Below are positions 50,643-64,000 of a stretch of DNA of 64,000 nucleotides, piece by piece. Where the stretch lies: contig NC_058368.1 of NCBI RefSeq assembly GCF_018350175.1, positions 47,494,001-47,558,000 of the forward strand, given 5' to 3'. A model generated the notes under the pieces. It was not told the origin of the DNA. It was given only the letters and a program-made list of their open reading frames with translations, and searched no databases. This DNA comes from Felis catus (lineage: Eukaryota). How positions within the stretch are numbered: the stretch's first letter is position 1; every line of letters begins with the position of its first letter. The position numbers and the translations under genes are program-made.

Positions 50643-51761
50643 ATCTATTACCAAGCTTTTGCTTCCCTGTGCCACTCTAACAAAGCCATTGTTATCAAAA
50701 ACTCCGGAGACCTTCATGTTGCCGAAAATCTAGTTGTCACGTTCTCAGTTCCTATCTTACTTGACCTGTCAGCAATATTTAATACAGTTGACCACTCCTC
50801 ACTCTTGGAAGCATATCTTTGACTTTCAAGATAACTACACTTTGATTTTGCCCCTTTCTTACTGGCTATACCTACTCACTCTCTTTTCTGCTCCTCTTCA
50901 TCTCCTTGTCATCTTTTGTAGCTAGCTGCCTTCATGGCATTTCTATTTGTTTATCTGGTAAGCATTTTAAATTTAATATGTGCAAAAAAAATATTAATAT
51001 GTGCAAAAGCACACTTCTGTCCCTCCAACCCTGCTCTACCTTTAGTCTGCCCCAGATCAGTTACAGATAACTCATTTCCTCTTGCTCAGAGCAAAAATTT
51101 TGAAGTCATCAACCTCTTCTCTTTCTTCACATTCTGTCTTCTATTCATCAGCAAATGCTTTTAGTTGTGTCTTCAAAATTTATGATTCTCTTATCATCTC
51201 ACAGACACCATCTTGATCCAAGCTACCATTATCTCTTGTCAGAATTACTGCAAGATTTTCTTAAGTGGCCCCCCAGCTTCCTTCCTTGCCCTCACAGGTC
51301 TGTTCTCAGTGCAGTTCCTGTTAAACTGTAAATCAAATTGAATTATTGTTCAACTGAAAAGGTTCCCCATCCAAATGAGTACAAGTTTAAATGATTATCA
51401 TGCCCTGGGATACTGTGTGATCAGTTCCCAGTTATCCCGTCCTCATCTTACTACTCTATTCTAGTCCCTTGTTTACTCACACTGCTCCTGTTCCCTTAAC
51501 CCATAGGCAGGCTCCTCAGGTCCCTTGTGTTTACAGTTTCCACTGCTTAACCTTCCACTCCTGGGTATTCTAGAGCCTTGTTTCCTTACTTTCTCCATGT
51601 CTTTAGATGTTACCTGCTTTCTGATGTCTGTCTTGACCACCCTGTAGAAAATTGTGGAATTCCTCATCCTTCCACACCTCCTGCCCACCAGCCCCTTCTT
51701 TGCTTTGTTTTTCTCCAGGGCACTCAGGACTTAATAACATATTTTGATTTCTTTCACACTA

Positions 51762-51976
51762 TTTTTTTTTTAAGTTTTTTTTAATGTTTATTTATTTTGA
51801 GAGAGAGAAACAGCGCGTGAGCAGGGGAGGGACAGAGAGAGAGGCAGCATCTGAGGAAAACCCCAGGCTCAGAGCTATCAGCACAGAGCTTGATGTGGGG
51901 CTCGAACTCACGAGCCTTGAGATCATGACCTGAGCCAAAGTTGGATGCTTCACTGACTGAGCCACCCAGACAACCC
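51762..51976 (-). mobile_element. CanSINE
   Basis: Antisense structure. Confidence 0.9.
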
Positions 51977-53969
51977 ATCAGCTAATTTTTAAACCTTAAC
52001 ACATAAATGGATTTTAAATAAGTTTTTGCATTTTTATGCTTACATTTTTCATAACTTCTTTTAAACCATAATTTGAGTCAGATATTTATCTACTCTAGGA
52101 TGAAGTTTTCACATCTATAAAATGAACAAAAAATTTGCTTGAGCACCAACTAAATTGAAACGATAGGAAAATATAGTATGTTCAGTCAAAAGGAATCTCA
52201 AAAAATTTCTTCTCTGGAAATGCATAGCTTCCCCCCAAGAAATTATGTTACATACAATTTCCACTTTGCTTTTTTTTTGTTATATCCTTCCTAGTCATCA
52301 CTTTTCAACAACTATGTTAAGTAAAGGAACAATTATTGGTCATTTGATTATAAACGGCAGATAATCCACTTGCAACCCTTCTTGTTTATGCCATCTTAAA
52401 AACAATGGCTTCAGATATGGAAATGAGCAGTTTTATATGTTGTCCAGGAAGTCTCATCTGGAGGCAGAAGTGATTAATTCAGATACTTTCCCTGTAAATA
52501 AGCTTGTCGTGTAAATAGCCTGTTTCAGTCCCCTTTTTGTTCAAACTGGAAAGAATGTATTCACTTTTATTAACCAAAAATATTTTTACATGGAGGCAGG
52601 AGAATGGGTTGCTTAGTTGTGCCTAGGGAGCTCTTCTGACATCCATGTTTTTTTCACTATTTATTCTTGGTAAATTTCAAGTTCTGAGACATTAGTGGTG
52701 TTTATTCAGGCCAAGCATGCCCTTGGCATTCCCAAACTCTGATTTGTTCCTGTTAGAATTTCAAAGGTTCCTAACGTTTTTCTCATTCTTGCAAAATGAG
52801 AAGGTTTTCTTGCCAAACTTTTCAAGTATAAATTTGATTTGTCATATTGGCACCATGAAATTTATCTTCTAGTAGTAGGAAAGTATGTTCCATGTACAGA
52901 AATACATTGTTACATTTTGTACTGAGGTTTCAGGTTTTGGTTGTAAGATAATTCTGGATAAACTTTAATATATCAAGTTTTGAAACATTAGTTTGCGTAG
53001 GAAATACATCTGTTTTATTGTAATATTACAATTCTCTTATTTAGTGAAGTAATGAATACTTAACTCTTCAAATTTCTTGTTTGAAGGTCATAGTTGAAAT
53101 GATGATATCTTCCAGTTTTTGTCCCCGTAATTCCTGCTTTATGCTTATTTCTCTGAGATAGTTATTAATAGCACCCTCTTTCACTCTTAAAAATGCCTCA
53201 AGTTGAAAAATACATTGTTTGGACACTAGTTATTTTACTAGGGCTCTCACTTTTGGCTTTACATAGGAATGATGGGATTTCTTTTCCCTTTTCTACCATC
53301 TTTCCTCTCCGCCTCCTGTGCATAAATACAGGGTGGATGGGAGAGATAAGTATGTGTATCTCTGATATGTCCATATGAGAGATGGACTTCGTAGGATGTA
53401 ACATGAAAGAACCGTGAAAAACATGAAAAAAAAATGTTAGCTTTCTAAACGCATTTTTAAGAATGAAATATTTTAATTTTGTATTTAAAACATTCTAATT
53501 CTGGCCATTTGGCCAACTTCCAACATCATTCTTTATTATTATTCATTACATTTGATTATATATTCATTTGGACTTCTAAAACTTTAGCTTCTTTAACTTA
53601 TACATGCTGCACATAGTCTCTATCAATTTTTCAAGTTTGTCCTTTGAAGAACATTAGAATTCTTGCTCTTCCAAAACTGTATGCTGTTACATTTCTAATG
53701 CATTTAACATTTTTAAATGGATAATTTATTAGTTATATGGCAATTATGGTTTTATCTGTGGCCAGAATATAATCCTTCTGGTGTTTTATCAAACCAGTCT
53801 AAGTTTGAAGGAGCATGGGCTGTAAGAAGTTTTTATGTAATATAGTCGCAGTCTTTACAAAGCTTATCTTTAATTTAACATTTGTGCTACGAGATGACCA
53901 TATAAATCTTATAATGACAGAACTTCCCAAGGAGACAACTTCTGTGACACAAAGGGAATCTTACTAAAC

Positions 53970-54220
53970 GCAGCGTGACATGATAAGGAGCGCGCACTCT
54001 AGAACTAGACAGCTCGGGTTTACATTTGGGCACCGTCGCTCCCTTGCTGTGTGACGGTAGATAACTACTCTGTGTTTCAGTCTTCTCCTTTGTAAAATGG
54101 AGATAATGAGACAACCTACACTTTGCGGGGTTGTTGTGAAGATTAAATGAGTCACAGTACGTAAAATGCCTAAAATAGTTACTAGCACGTGGTAAGCATC
54201 TATATGTTTCTTATTACTAT
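53970..54220 (+). mobile_element. MIR SINE, near full length and CpG-rich
   Basis: ttgctgtgtgac, tttcagtcttctcctttgtaaaatggagataat, gggttgttgtgaagattaaatgag and tagcacgtggtaagc core motifs. Confidence 0.85.
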
Positions 54221-54488
54221 GATTGTCAGTGGAATATATTCGGTTTATGTCAGACACCTTAAAAGTCAATTGATAATATTAAAGGCTTAAGTACTGTATC
54301 TCTATATTTATGTTAAAAGGAATTGTGAGCCTTCTTGTATGCAGGTTGTGTATGAGTGGAGATGTGGAAGGTATGGAAACTGTTAGGAGATTAGGTTCAC
54401 ACAGAAATCTTACCAGCAGACATCTAGGAGAGAGCCTGTTGGTAGAAACCTCAGCCTCTAGCATTTTTTCAGACTCATTTTAGTTTTC

Positions 54489-54683
54489 TTTTTGTTTTTT
54501 TTTTTTCTTAATGTTTATTTATTTTTGAGAGAGAGCGAGTAGACGAGGGGCAGAGAGGGAGGCAGAAGATCAGAAGCGGGCTCTGTGCTGATAGCAGAAA
54601 GCCCCATGTGTGGTTCGAATTCACGAACGCGCGATCATGACCTGAGCCAAAATGAGATGCTAAACAGAGCCACCAGGCACCCC
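54489..54683 (-). mobile_element. CanSINE
   Basis: Antisense structure; TSD tagttttcttttt. Confidence 0.88.
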
Positions 54684-56913
54684 TAGTTTTCTTTTTTTAA
54701 ATTGCCCTTTTTGTCCTTCAAGGTCCAACTTACATATCTTCCCTTCATACACTCACCTCTCTTCCTCCAATTAAAAATAATCAACTCTTCTTTGTGGCCT
54801 TGGAATTTTGTTTGTGCTTTAATATAGCACTAACTATAGTTAGCTGGATGATATAGATTGTAGCATGGTGAATGCACTAGGACCTTCTAATCATATCTCT
54901 GCTCACAAGCCCTTTTGTTAGCTTATTCTGGGTTTTATTTCATTCTCTGTGACTTGCTTTTATTTCTAATGCCCATTATTGCAGAAAGGAAATATAGTTA
55001 GGGACTGAAGCTTCTCCACCTACTAACTGTTCATGATTAATAGTACTATAATGGCAATCTACTTGGAATTTTGCTATTGAAATAACTTACAGAACAATGA
55101 AGCTATCTTTGAGAAATGAAAATTGCAACCAGTTTGTGATGACTTACGGACTGAAATATATAGATCATCTAGGAATGAAAAATACATCATTGTTTAATAT
55201 ACTTAAATAATTTAATTCTGTCTATAAAATTAAATCTCATGTTTCCGTTAGTTTGATGATAGAATATTTTTTGAAGATCATTGCAATCAGGATGATGTCA
55301 GAAAATAATGACATGACATTTTGTGATATCTATTTTAAAATGCACTTCCACTTAGAGAATAATATATAAAAGCTATTTTCTTCTTAATAAGTTATCTGTA
55401 CTCCAGTTTTTTGTGAACTATTTATTTCTGGTTCATAAACCATTTGATTGAGGAGTCTCTATTGGTTGATACGTTTTAAATTTTAACTTTGTTGTTAGTA
55501 TCACAATGTAAAAGATGACATTTCATACTGGCACAGCAAGTAAGCATTTCTGTCCAATAGTTATTACATAGATTTATTTAAACGATGTGGATTTTCATGA
55601 CTTTCTACTGATATTCTCCATGAATAATAAACACAAAACTCTAATACCCAATCCAGGTCTTTATGGGAGATATGGTAATATGATGTAAAAAAACACTTGC
55701 TTTAGCCAACTTGACAATAAATTATATTAAAAAAAAAACACTTTGTTTGCAGTAGACATGGTTGGACACAAATTAGAGCTTTAACATAGGCTGTGACTTA
55801 GAACTAGGTACTTTAAGCTCTTGAAGTTATAGTTTACTTCACTATAAAAATGGTTAGAAAATAAACATACGGGATTTGTAGGAATTATATGAGCAAAATT
55901 ATTTATGTTATACTCTATATTTATTTATAACTATGTTAGAGAAGTGGATTTTTAAAAAATTAAGTGGGTCTCTGAAAAAAGCTTACTGTTGGTATTTTTC
56001 TTGATCCAGACTTCCACTTTAAGAAAAAAACATAACCTAATGTGTCATAACTTAATTATTCACTCTTGTTACCTTCTGCTTTTTGGACATTACCCTTAGA
56101 TGTTATTAAATGTGTCGTTCAATTTCAGTTCCTGCTATCATCAGTACTATTAGTGGGTGCCTCACCTAACACTCTGACTTCATACTTTCTTGAGCCCTAC
56201 AGGAATATCGACTTAGCTTCACTTAGCTACTTCAGTGGTTACACCCTGGATCTTGGTATCCACTAAAATTCTATCCTGGGAAGTACTGTTCCACCTCCAA
56301 ATCACCATTCTTTAGCAGCAATCTCTAGTCTTTTATCCTCTTTGTACACTACTTACATTTATCTGTTTGTCATCTTATCAGGACTACATGTCCTTTGTCT
56401 CTTCTGCTTCTTCCTAACCTATGAGCCCTCGGTTCTCTTCTCTTCCATTCCTCTGTAAGTGAGATCCCAAGGGTCATCGCTTCAGCTAGCTCATATCCCA
56501 TTTGGTCCCATTTTGACACTTGTGATCTCTATGTTATATTTTTTCATTTAAAATATTTTATAGAATATTTATTAACTTCTCAAGACCTCAGTTTTCTTGT
56601 GGGTACTGTGTGAGTAATTATACTTACCTCATTAGATTATGGTAAGGATCAAACAAGTTATATATACAAAGTGTTTAGCCTACCTTTAACCCACGTAGAG
56701 ATAATTTATGGAGAAAGATACTGGGACATTTAGAGGTAGACCATGTTTGCACCTGTACTAGTGTGTGTTGCTACAGAAATACCAAGCCAGGTAAATTCAT
56801 ATAATAACCACCTTAGGTCACCAGCCTCAAGTGGGTCCTTAAGATTGTCAGTCCACTCTAAGCAAGTACATTTATGAATCTTTAGGAAATAGATACTTAT
56901 GTATTTGGAATAA

Positions 56914-57036
<123 letters not shown>

Positions 57037-57109
57037 TAAGCATCCTGCATGTCTGGAAATGTTAAAACTCTTTGATTTTTGTTCCTGTTACTTTTGATTT
57101 TAGAAAAAA

Positions 57110-57640
57110 TATTTTTAAAAGAAGTATATTTATTTCAAGTGAACTGTAGTTTACATGCATTGTTTTTGTAGCATATAACTGGCATATACTAAAACAAGAT
57201 AATAGAACAGTTCAGTCACTGTCCAGTTTCCTTATACCCCTTTTGTCCATCTCAACCACTGCTGCTCAAGAGACAAACACTTCCTCATTTCTGTCACCAT
57301 AGCTTAGTTTCACTCTTCCTGGATTGAAAATAAATGGAATTGCACACGATGTAATCTTTTGTGTCTAGCTTCTTTCACGCCACATTATATTTTCATCTAT
57401 TTTGTTGTTGTATCAGTAGTTCATTCCTTACTGTTGCTGGGTAGAAATGTACCACAGTTTGTTTATTCACTCACCTGTCAATGGACATTTAGGTTGTTTC
57501 CATTTTGGAGCTATCATGAATGAAGTTGCTGTGAAATTTTCTATAAAGTCTTTTGGGCACATGTTTTTATTTGTCTTAGATAAATTTTCTCTAACACTGG
57601 AATTGCTAGTCATAAAGTAGCTGGATGTTTTACTTTCAAA
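57110..57640 (-). mobile_element. Old L1M 3-prime fragment
   Basis: aaatggaattgcaca, tagcttctttcac, gtaccacagtttgtttattcactcacctgt and tggacatttaggttgtttcca motifs. Confidence 0.75.
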
Positions 57641-57651
57641 GAACTTACTGA

Positions 57652-57857
57652 GGGGTGCCTGGATGGCTCAGTTGGTTAAGCATCTAATTTCAGCTTAGGC
57701 CATGATCTCATGGTTCATGGGTTTGAGCCCTGCATCAGGCTCTGTGCTGGCAGCTCAGAGCCCTGGAGTCTGCTTTGGATTCTGTGTCTCCCTCTCTCTC
57801 TGCCCCTCCCCTACTTGCACTGTTTCGCAAGAAAATTAATAAACATTAAAAAACAAA
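57652..57857 (+). mobile_element. CanSINE
   Basis: Typical structure. Confidence 0.9.
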
Positions 57858-58666
57858 AGAAACTATTGAACTTAACTCCAAAATTAAGTTCATTATATAC
57901 TCCCCAGTTCATTTCTTAAAAATCTGTATGTTCTGGTTTATGTGTGTTGGAGGAAGAGGAAGAGAGAAAATGATTTGTCTTTAATTTATCAATAGAAAAG
58001 TATATTATTTTTAATAGTCTAGTTAATAGGAAAATCACTGATGAGTATTAAGGTAAATACCATTGCCTCATTGAACAGCCTAGACTTTCAGTGGTTTGAC
58101 TACATGCAAATAGAATGGTTACCTTTTTAAAAAAACTTTTTATTTTGAAAATAATTTCAGACAGAAAAGTTAGTAGAATAGTTCATCAAGTACATATACC
58201 TTTCATATACTGATAAACTTAGAAAATAACTGAATGGAGCTTTTAATTGTGTTAAATGAAGACTTGCAGATTCATTTGTGATTTTAGCAATACATGAAAC
58301 TAAAAATTGAGGCAACTCTTCATATAATTAACCTATGACCAAAATCTTGTAGAATGACTCAAATTATTAAACTTCTGAATTCAAATCAACTTTATAAACA
58401 TGATACATTAGTAAATACAATATTAGAGAAATCTTTTCTGTAATGTGGAAGTGTATCTAAATCTGAACATTTTATATTAAAATAAATTTCTAAGTCAGCT
58501 GTTTTTATTGGAGTGCTGTTATAACCTTAAAATCTTTTATTATGTATAATCTTTCCATTTACAAAACTATTATGTTTACATAAAAGATTTGTCTCTTTGT
58601 TGATGTTTTGAACGTGACGTATTTAGGAATGGCTCTAGAATAACATTTGTGGACAAACTAACAAAC

Positions 58667-58878
58667 TTTATTTTTTTTAATGGTTATTTATATTTGAGAG
58701 AGAGCAAGAGTGCACAAGCAGGGGAGGGGCAGAGAGAGAGACAGAGACAGAATATGAAGCAGACTCCAGGCTCTGAGCTGTCAGGACAGAGCCTGACATG
58801 GGGCTCGAACCCACGAGCTGTGAGTTCATGACCTGAGCCAAGTCGGATGCTTAACTGAGTGAGCCATCCAGGTGCCCC
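58667..58878 (-). mobile_element. CanSINE
   Basis: Antisense; TSD caaactaacaaacttta. Confidence 0.93.
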
Positions 58879-58910
58879 CAAACTAACAAACTTTAAAAAA
58901 AAGTGTAAGA

Positions 58911-59121
58911 TTTTTTTTTAATGTTTATTTATTTATTTTGACAGGTAGCACACCAGTGCACGAGTAGGGGAGGGGCAGACAGAGCAGGAGAGAGAGAATC
59001 CCAAGCAGGCTCCACATTCACATGGAGCCTGATGAAGGGCTCAATCCCATGACCATGAGATCATGACCTGAGCCAAAATCAAGAGTCAGACACTTAACTG
59101 TCTGAGCCACCTAGATGCCCC
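58911..59121 (-). mobile_element. CanSINE
   Basis: Antisense; degenerate TSD aaag(tg/ca)taagatttt. Confidence 0.9.
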
Positions 59122-59253
59122 AAGAAAGCATAAGATTTTAACTAGTAAACCAGAACTTACATTCAGGCAGAATTTCATAACTTACTAGCTTTGGTATGTT
59201 TTTGTGAATTTGGAGAAAAGAGAATAGTAGTAAATCTGACCTTAAAACTGGTA

Positions 59254-59461
59254 GGGGGACCTGGGTGTCTCAGTCAGTTGGGCATCTGACTTCGTCTCAG
59301 GTCATGATCTCGTGGTTTGCGAGTTCAAGCCCTGCATCAGGCTTTGTGCTGTCAGCTCAGAGCCTAGAGCCTGCTTCGGATTCTGTGTCTCCATCTCTCT
59401 CTCTGCCCCTCCCCTGGTCACGCTGTCTCTCTCTCTCTCAAAGATAAATAAACATTAAAAA
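59254..59461 (+). mobile_element. CanSINE
   Basis: Typical structure. Confidence 0.92.
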
Positions 59462-59480
59462 GATTTTTTTTACTTGGCTG

Positions 59481-59691
59481 TTTTTTTTTTAACATTTATT
59501 CATTTTTGAAAGGCAGAAAGAGAGCACAAATGGGGGAGGGGCAAAGAGAGAGGGAGACACAGAAACAGAAGGAGGCTCCAAGCTCTGAGCTGTCAGCACA
59601 GAGCCCAATGTGGGGCTCAAACTCATGGACTGCGAGATCATGACCTGAGCCAAAGTCGGATGCTGAACCGACTGAGCCACCCAGGCGCCCC
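59481..59691 (-). mobile_element. CanSINE
   Basis: Antisense; TSD tacttggct. Confidence 0.92.
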
Positions 59692-61162
59692 ATTATACTT
59701 GGCTATTATATATTTATACTAAACTCTGTTATGTCCTAGATTCTGGCACTCTAAAATCCTTATTTGTCCATATACTAACAACTGGTATTTATCCTAAAGG
59801 CCATAGGATGCTTTAGTACTTAAAGGTATCTTTTGAATAATTGAATTCAATCATTTAAATGTTTGTAAAGCATGTAGAACAGTGTCTTGCATATAAGTAG
59901 TGATACAGAAATGTTTGCTGTTATTATAAAATAATTTGTTCAGTTCTGTTTACTGAAATTTTGCTATTTAAAAGTTGATCTTTCAAAATCATTTTCCACT
60001 AGAATTTTGAATAAACTAGAACAGCTCATTTTTTTATTGAGGTTTAACTGACATACTATATTATATTAGTTTCAGGTATAAAACATAGTGATTCGGTATT
60101 TATGTACATTACGAAATGATCACTACAATAAGTCTGGTTACCATCTGTCACCATGTAAAGGTTTTAAAATGTTGTTGACTACATTCCTGATGCTGTACAT
60201 TACATCTCTGTGTATTATTTGTTTTATAACTGGAAGATTGTACCTCTTAATCCCCCTTGCCTGTTTCATCCATCCCTCTACCCTCCCTCTGTTCTGGCAA
60301 CCATCAGTTTATTCTCTGCAGCTGAGTCTATTCCTGTTTCTTGTTTGTTTATTTGTTTTGCTTCTTAGATTCCACATGTGAGTGAAATAAGGTATTTTTC
60401 TGATTTATTTAACTTACCATAATACACTCTAGGCCGTAAGTCACGAGATTTCATTCTCATGACTAATATTCTGTTGTGTGTGTGTGTGTGTGCACATACC
60501 TACATACATGTACACACACACACATACACATCACATCTTCTTTATCCATTTGCCCCTCTTGGACACTTGGGTTGCTTCCATATTTTGGCTATTGTAAAAG
60601 ATGCTGTAATGAACATAGGAGTGCCTGTATCTTTTCAAATTAGTGCTTTTGTTTTCTGTGGACAAATAACCAGAAGTGGAATTACTGGATCATATGGTAT
60701 GGTAGTTCTGTTTTTAATTTTTAAAGGAACCTCCGTACTATTTCCCATAGTTGCTGTATCAATTTACATTGCTACCGACAGTGCACAAGAGTTCCCTTTT
60801 CTCTACATCCTCACCAGCATTTGTTATTTCTTGTTTTTTCAGTAATAGCCATTCTGACAGCTGTTAGGTGAAACCTCTTTGTGGTTTTGATTTGCATTTC
60901 CCTGGTTAGTGATGATGAACATCTTTTCATGTGCCTGTTCGCCATCTGTATGTCTTTGGAGAATGTCTATTCAGGTCCTCTGCCCGTTTTTTAATTGGAT
61001 TGTTTTCTTAATATTGAGTTGTATGAGTTCTTTTTATATATGGATATTAACCCCTTTTTATATATATCATTTGCAAATATCTGCTTGCATTCACTATGTT
61101 GCCTTTTTGTTTTGTTGATCATTTTCTTTGCTGTGTAAAAACTTTTCTAGTTTGATGTAGTT

Positions 61163-61200
<38 letters not shown>

Positions 61201-62509
61201 TTTTGCTTTTTGTTGCTTGTGTCTGAGGGGACAGATCCAAAATAATATTCCTAAGATCAGTGTCAAAGAACTTATTACCTATGCTTCCTTCTAGGATGTA
61301 TGGTTTCAGGTCTTACATTTAAGTCTTTAATCTATTTTGAGTTTATTTTTTGTGCATGGTGTAACAAAGCAGTTTCATTCTTTTGCATGTAGCTTTCCAG
61401 TTTTCCCAATACCATTTACTAAGAGACTCTTTTTTTCCTCACTATATATCCTTGCCTTCTCTGTCATAGATTAATTGACCATGTAAGCATGGGTTTATTT
61501 CTGGTCTCTCTAGTCTGTTCCATTGATCTGTGTGCCTGTTTTTGTGCCAGTACAATACTTTTTGATTACTATAGACTTATAGTATAGTTTGAAATATGGT
61601 TGTGATACCTCCAGCTTTGTTCTTATTTCTCAATTTTGCTTTGTGTATTCAGGGTCCTTTGTGGTTCCATACAGATTTTAGTATAATTTGTTCTACTTCT
61701 GTGAAAAATACCCTTGATGTTTTGATAGGGATTGCATTGAATCTGTAGATTGCCTTGGGTAGTATAGACAAATTACCAATATTAATTCTTCTAATTCATG
61801 AACATTGTATACCTTTCCATTTATTTGTTTTCAGTTTCTTTCATCAATGTGTCAGAGTTTTAGAATGTAGGTCTTTAACCCCTTGGTTAAATTTATTCCT
61901 AGTTTATTCTTTTTGATGCAGTTGTAAATAGGATTGTTAATTTCTGTATCTGATAGGTTGTTACTAGTGTACAGAAATGCAACAAATTTCTATGTATTAA
62001 TGTTGTATCCTGCAACTTTACTGAATTCATTTATTAATTATAATAGTTTGGTGGAATCTTTGGGGTGTTCTGTATATAATATCATGTCATCTGCAAATAG
62101 TGACAGTTTTGCTTCTTCCTTTCCAGTTTGGATGAGTTTTATTTCTTTAATTGCTGTGGCTAGGACTTCCAATACTATGTTGAATAAAAGTGCTGAGAAT
62201 AAGAATCCTTGTCTTATTCCTGATTTTAGAGAAAATGCTTTTAGCTTTTTACCATTGAGTATATTAGCTATGGGTTTGTCATATATGGCCTTTATTATAT
62301 TGAGGTACGTTCCCTCTATACTCACTCTGTTGAGAGTTTTTATCATCAATTGATGTTGAATTTTGTCGAATGCTTTTTCTGCATCTATTGAAATGATCAT
62401 ATGATTTTTTATTCCTCATTCTGTTGATGTGGCATATCACGTTGGTTGATTTGTGGATGTTGAACCATCTTTGCATCCCTGGGATAAATCCTACTAGTTC
62501 ATGGTATAT

Positions 62510-62514
<5 letters not shown>

Positions 62515-62545
<31 letters not shown>

Positions 62546-62703
62546 AGAAAGAGTACACACAAGCAAGAAAGGGCAGAGGGAGAGGGACAGAAAGAATCCC
62601 AGCGTGGAGCCTGACACAGGGCTCAGTCTCATCACCATGAGATCATGACCTAAGCCAAAATCAAGAGTCAGATGCCTAGCTAACCAAGCTACCCAGGCGC
62701 CCC
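62515..62703 (-). mobile_element. CanSINE nested in L1
   Basis: PolyT tail, ends acccaggcgcccc. Confidence 0.9.
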
Positions 62704-63269
62704 TGGTTTGCTAATATTTTGTTGAGGATTTTTACATCTGTGTTCATTAGGGATATTAACCTGTAATTTTCTTCTTTAGTGGTGTGTTTGTCTGGTTTTG
62801 GTATCAGGGTAATACTGACCTGATAAAATAAGTTTGGAAGCATCTTCAATTTCCTGACATAATTTGAAAAGAATAGGTATTAACTCTTTTAAATGTTTGG
62901 TAGAATTTATCTAAGAGGCCTTGGACTCCTGTTCATTAGGAGTTTTCTGTTTTTGTTTTTGTTTTTTACTAATTCAGTTTCGTTACTAGTAAGTAATCGG
63001 TCTATTAGATTTTCTGTTTCTTCATGATTTAATCTTGGAAATAGTATGTTTTTAGGAATTTATTTCTTCTAAGCTGTCCCAATTTGTTAGTGTATTACTG
63101 TTCATAGTAGTCTTGTGAGCCTTTGTATTTTTGTGGCATTGGTTGTAAGTTGTCTTTCTTTTTTTATTTTATTTATTTGGGCCCTCTTTCTGTGTTTCTT
63201 GATGAGTCTTGCCTAAGGGTTTGTCCATTTAGTTTATCTTTCAAAAGAACCAGCTCTTGGTTTCATTGA

Positions 63270-63453
63270 TTTTTTTTTCTTTTTTTCTTTTTTTCTTTTT
63301 TAAATTTTCTTTTAAATGTTTGAGAGTGAGTACACATGAGCAGGGGAAAGGCAAAGAGAGAGGGAGAATGAAAATCCACAAACTGTGAGATCATGACCTG
63401 AGCTGAAATCAAGAATCGGATGCTTTAACCAACTGAGCCACCCAAGTGCTCCC
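63270..63453 (-). mobile_element. CanSINE nested in L1
   Basis: T-rich tail; TSD ttgattttttttt. Confidence 0.88.
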
Positions 63454-64000
63454 GTTGATTTTTTTTTTGTTTTTTTTCTTTCTTTTTTTCTTTTTTCTTT
63501 TTTCTTTTTTTTTTTTTCATTTATCTTCACTCTGATCCTTATTATTTACTTCCTTCTTGAACTTTAGCCATTGCTTGTTCTTACTTTTCTAGTATATTCA
63601 AGTGTTAAGTTAAATTGTTTATTTGACGTTTTTGTTGTTTATTGAGGTAAGCCTATTTTGGTATGAACTTCCCCCTGAGAACTGCTTTTGCTGTATCTTA
63701 CAAGTTTTGGAACGTGGTTTTCCCATTTTCATTTGTCTCAAGGAATTTTTTTTGTCTTTGATATTTTTGTTGACCCTTTGGTTCTTTAATAGCATATTGT
63801 TTAGTTTCCACATATTTGTGGTTTTTCTCCAGTTTTCTTCCTAAAATTGATTTCTAGTTTTGTAAAGTCCATGTGGTCTACTATATTGTTTAAGGCCAGT
63901 ATTTCCTTGCTGTCTGGATTTACTGTCTGATCTATTCATTGATAGATAGCATTAAAGTGTTCCACTATTATTATATTGCTGTCAATTTCTTCCTTTATGT

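Larger units (their letters stand above)
49900..51750 (+). mobile_element. L2 fragment, sense strand, with nested SINEs
   Basis: Pyrimidine-rich L2 motifs gaccttcatgttgcc, cttacttgacctgtcagcaatattt, atccaagctaccattatctct and caggtcccttgtg. Confidence 0.75.
60029..64000 (-). mobile_element. L1 (carnivore / L1MA9-like), 3-prime UTR through ORF2, running off the window
   Basis: tttttattgaggt...gtttcaggtat 3-prime end; ORF 62038-62400(-) [15 protein letters not shown]...[11 protein letters not shown]; many frameshifts. Confidence 0.93.

Noticed and set aside
52137..52166. U6 snRNA-like fragment (gcttgagcaccaactaaattgaaacgata)
   Set aside because: About 30 nt that needs several gaps to align to the U6 5-prime end, with no continuation or TSD; could be chance. 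An Infernal search with the Rfam U6 model would settle it.
61165..61198. Long poly(T) as a separate retrocopy tail
   Set aside because: No attached body or TSD is visible; it is best explained as homopolymer expansion within the L1.

Overview
This window is mammalian genomic DNA, almost certainly from a felid, judged from the cat-type CanSINE subfamilies and L1. It lies entirely inside one + strand gene, PIBF1 (progesterone-induced blocking factor 1 / CEP90, a centriolar coiled-coil protein). Eight internal coding exons (101, 199, 120, 134, 109, 182, 126 and 99 nt; 1070 nt in total) splice into one open frame reading [16 protein letters not shown]...[15 protein letters not shown]. They correspond to exons 3-10 of human PIBF1 as I recall it, and exon 8 ends in a GC donor. 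The rest is intron, dense in interspersed repeats: about 39 CanSINEs (many with TSDs), young and old L1, L2, MIR, an ancient CR1/L3 reverse-transcriptase fossil, MaLR/ERVL LTRs and hAT/TcMar DNA-transposon fossils. Nearly all ORFs in the supplied track are spurious or repeat-derived. I found no convincing new biological system. The most worthwhile leads are a cluster of splicing and polyadenylation oddities around exons 6-9, a strong intronic CTCF motif, a CpG-rich MIR with AP-1/E-box motifs, a closely spaced inverted SINE pair, an atypically inverted L1 fragment and the CR1 fossil. Repeat boundaries and subfamily names are by eye against remembered consensus sequences and are approximate. Exon boundaries were read base by base.
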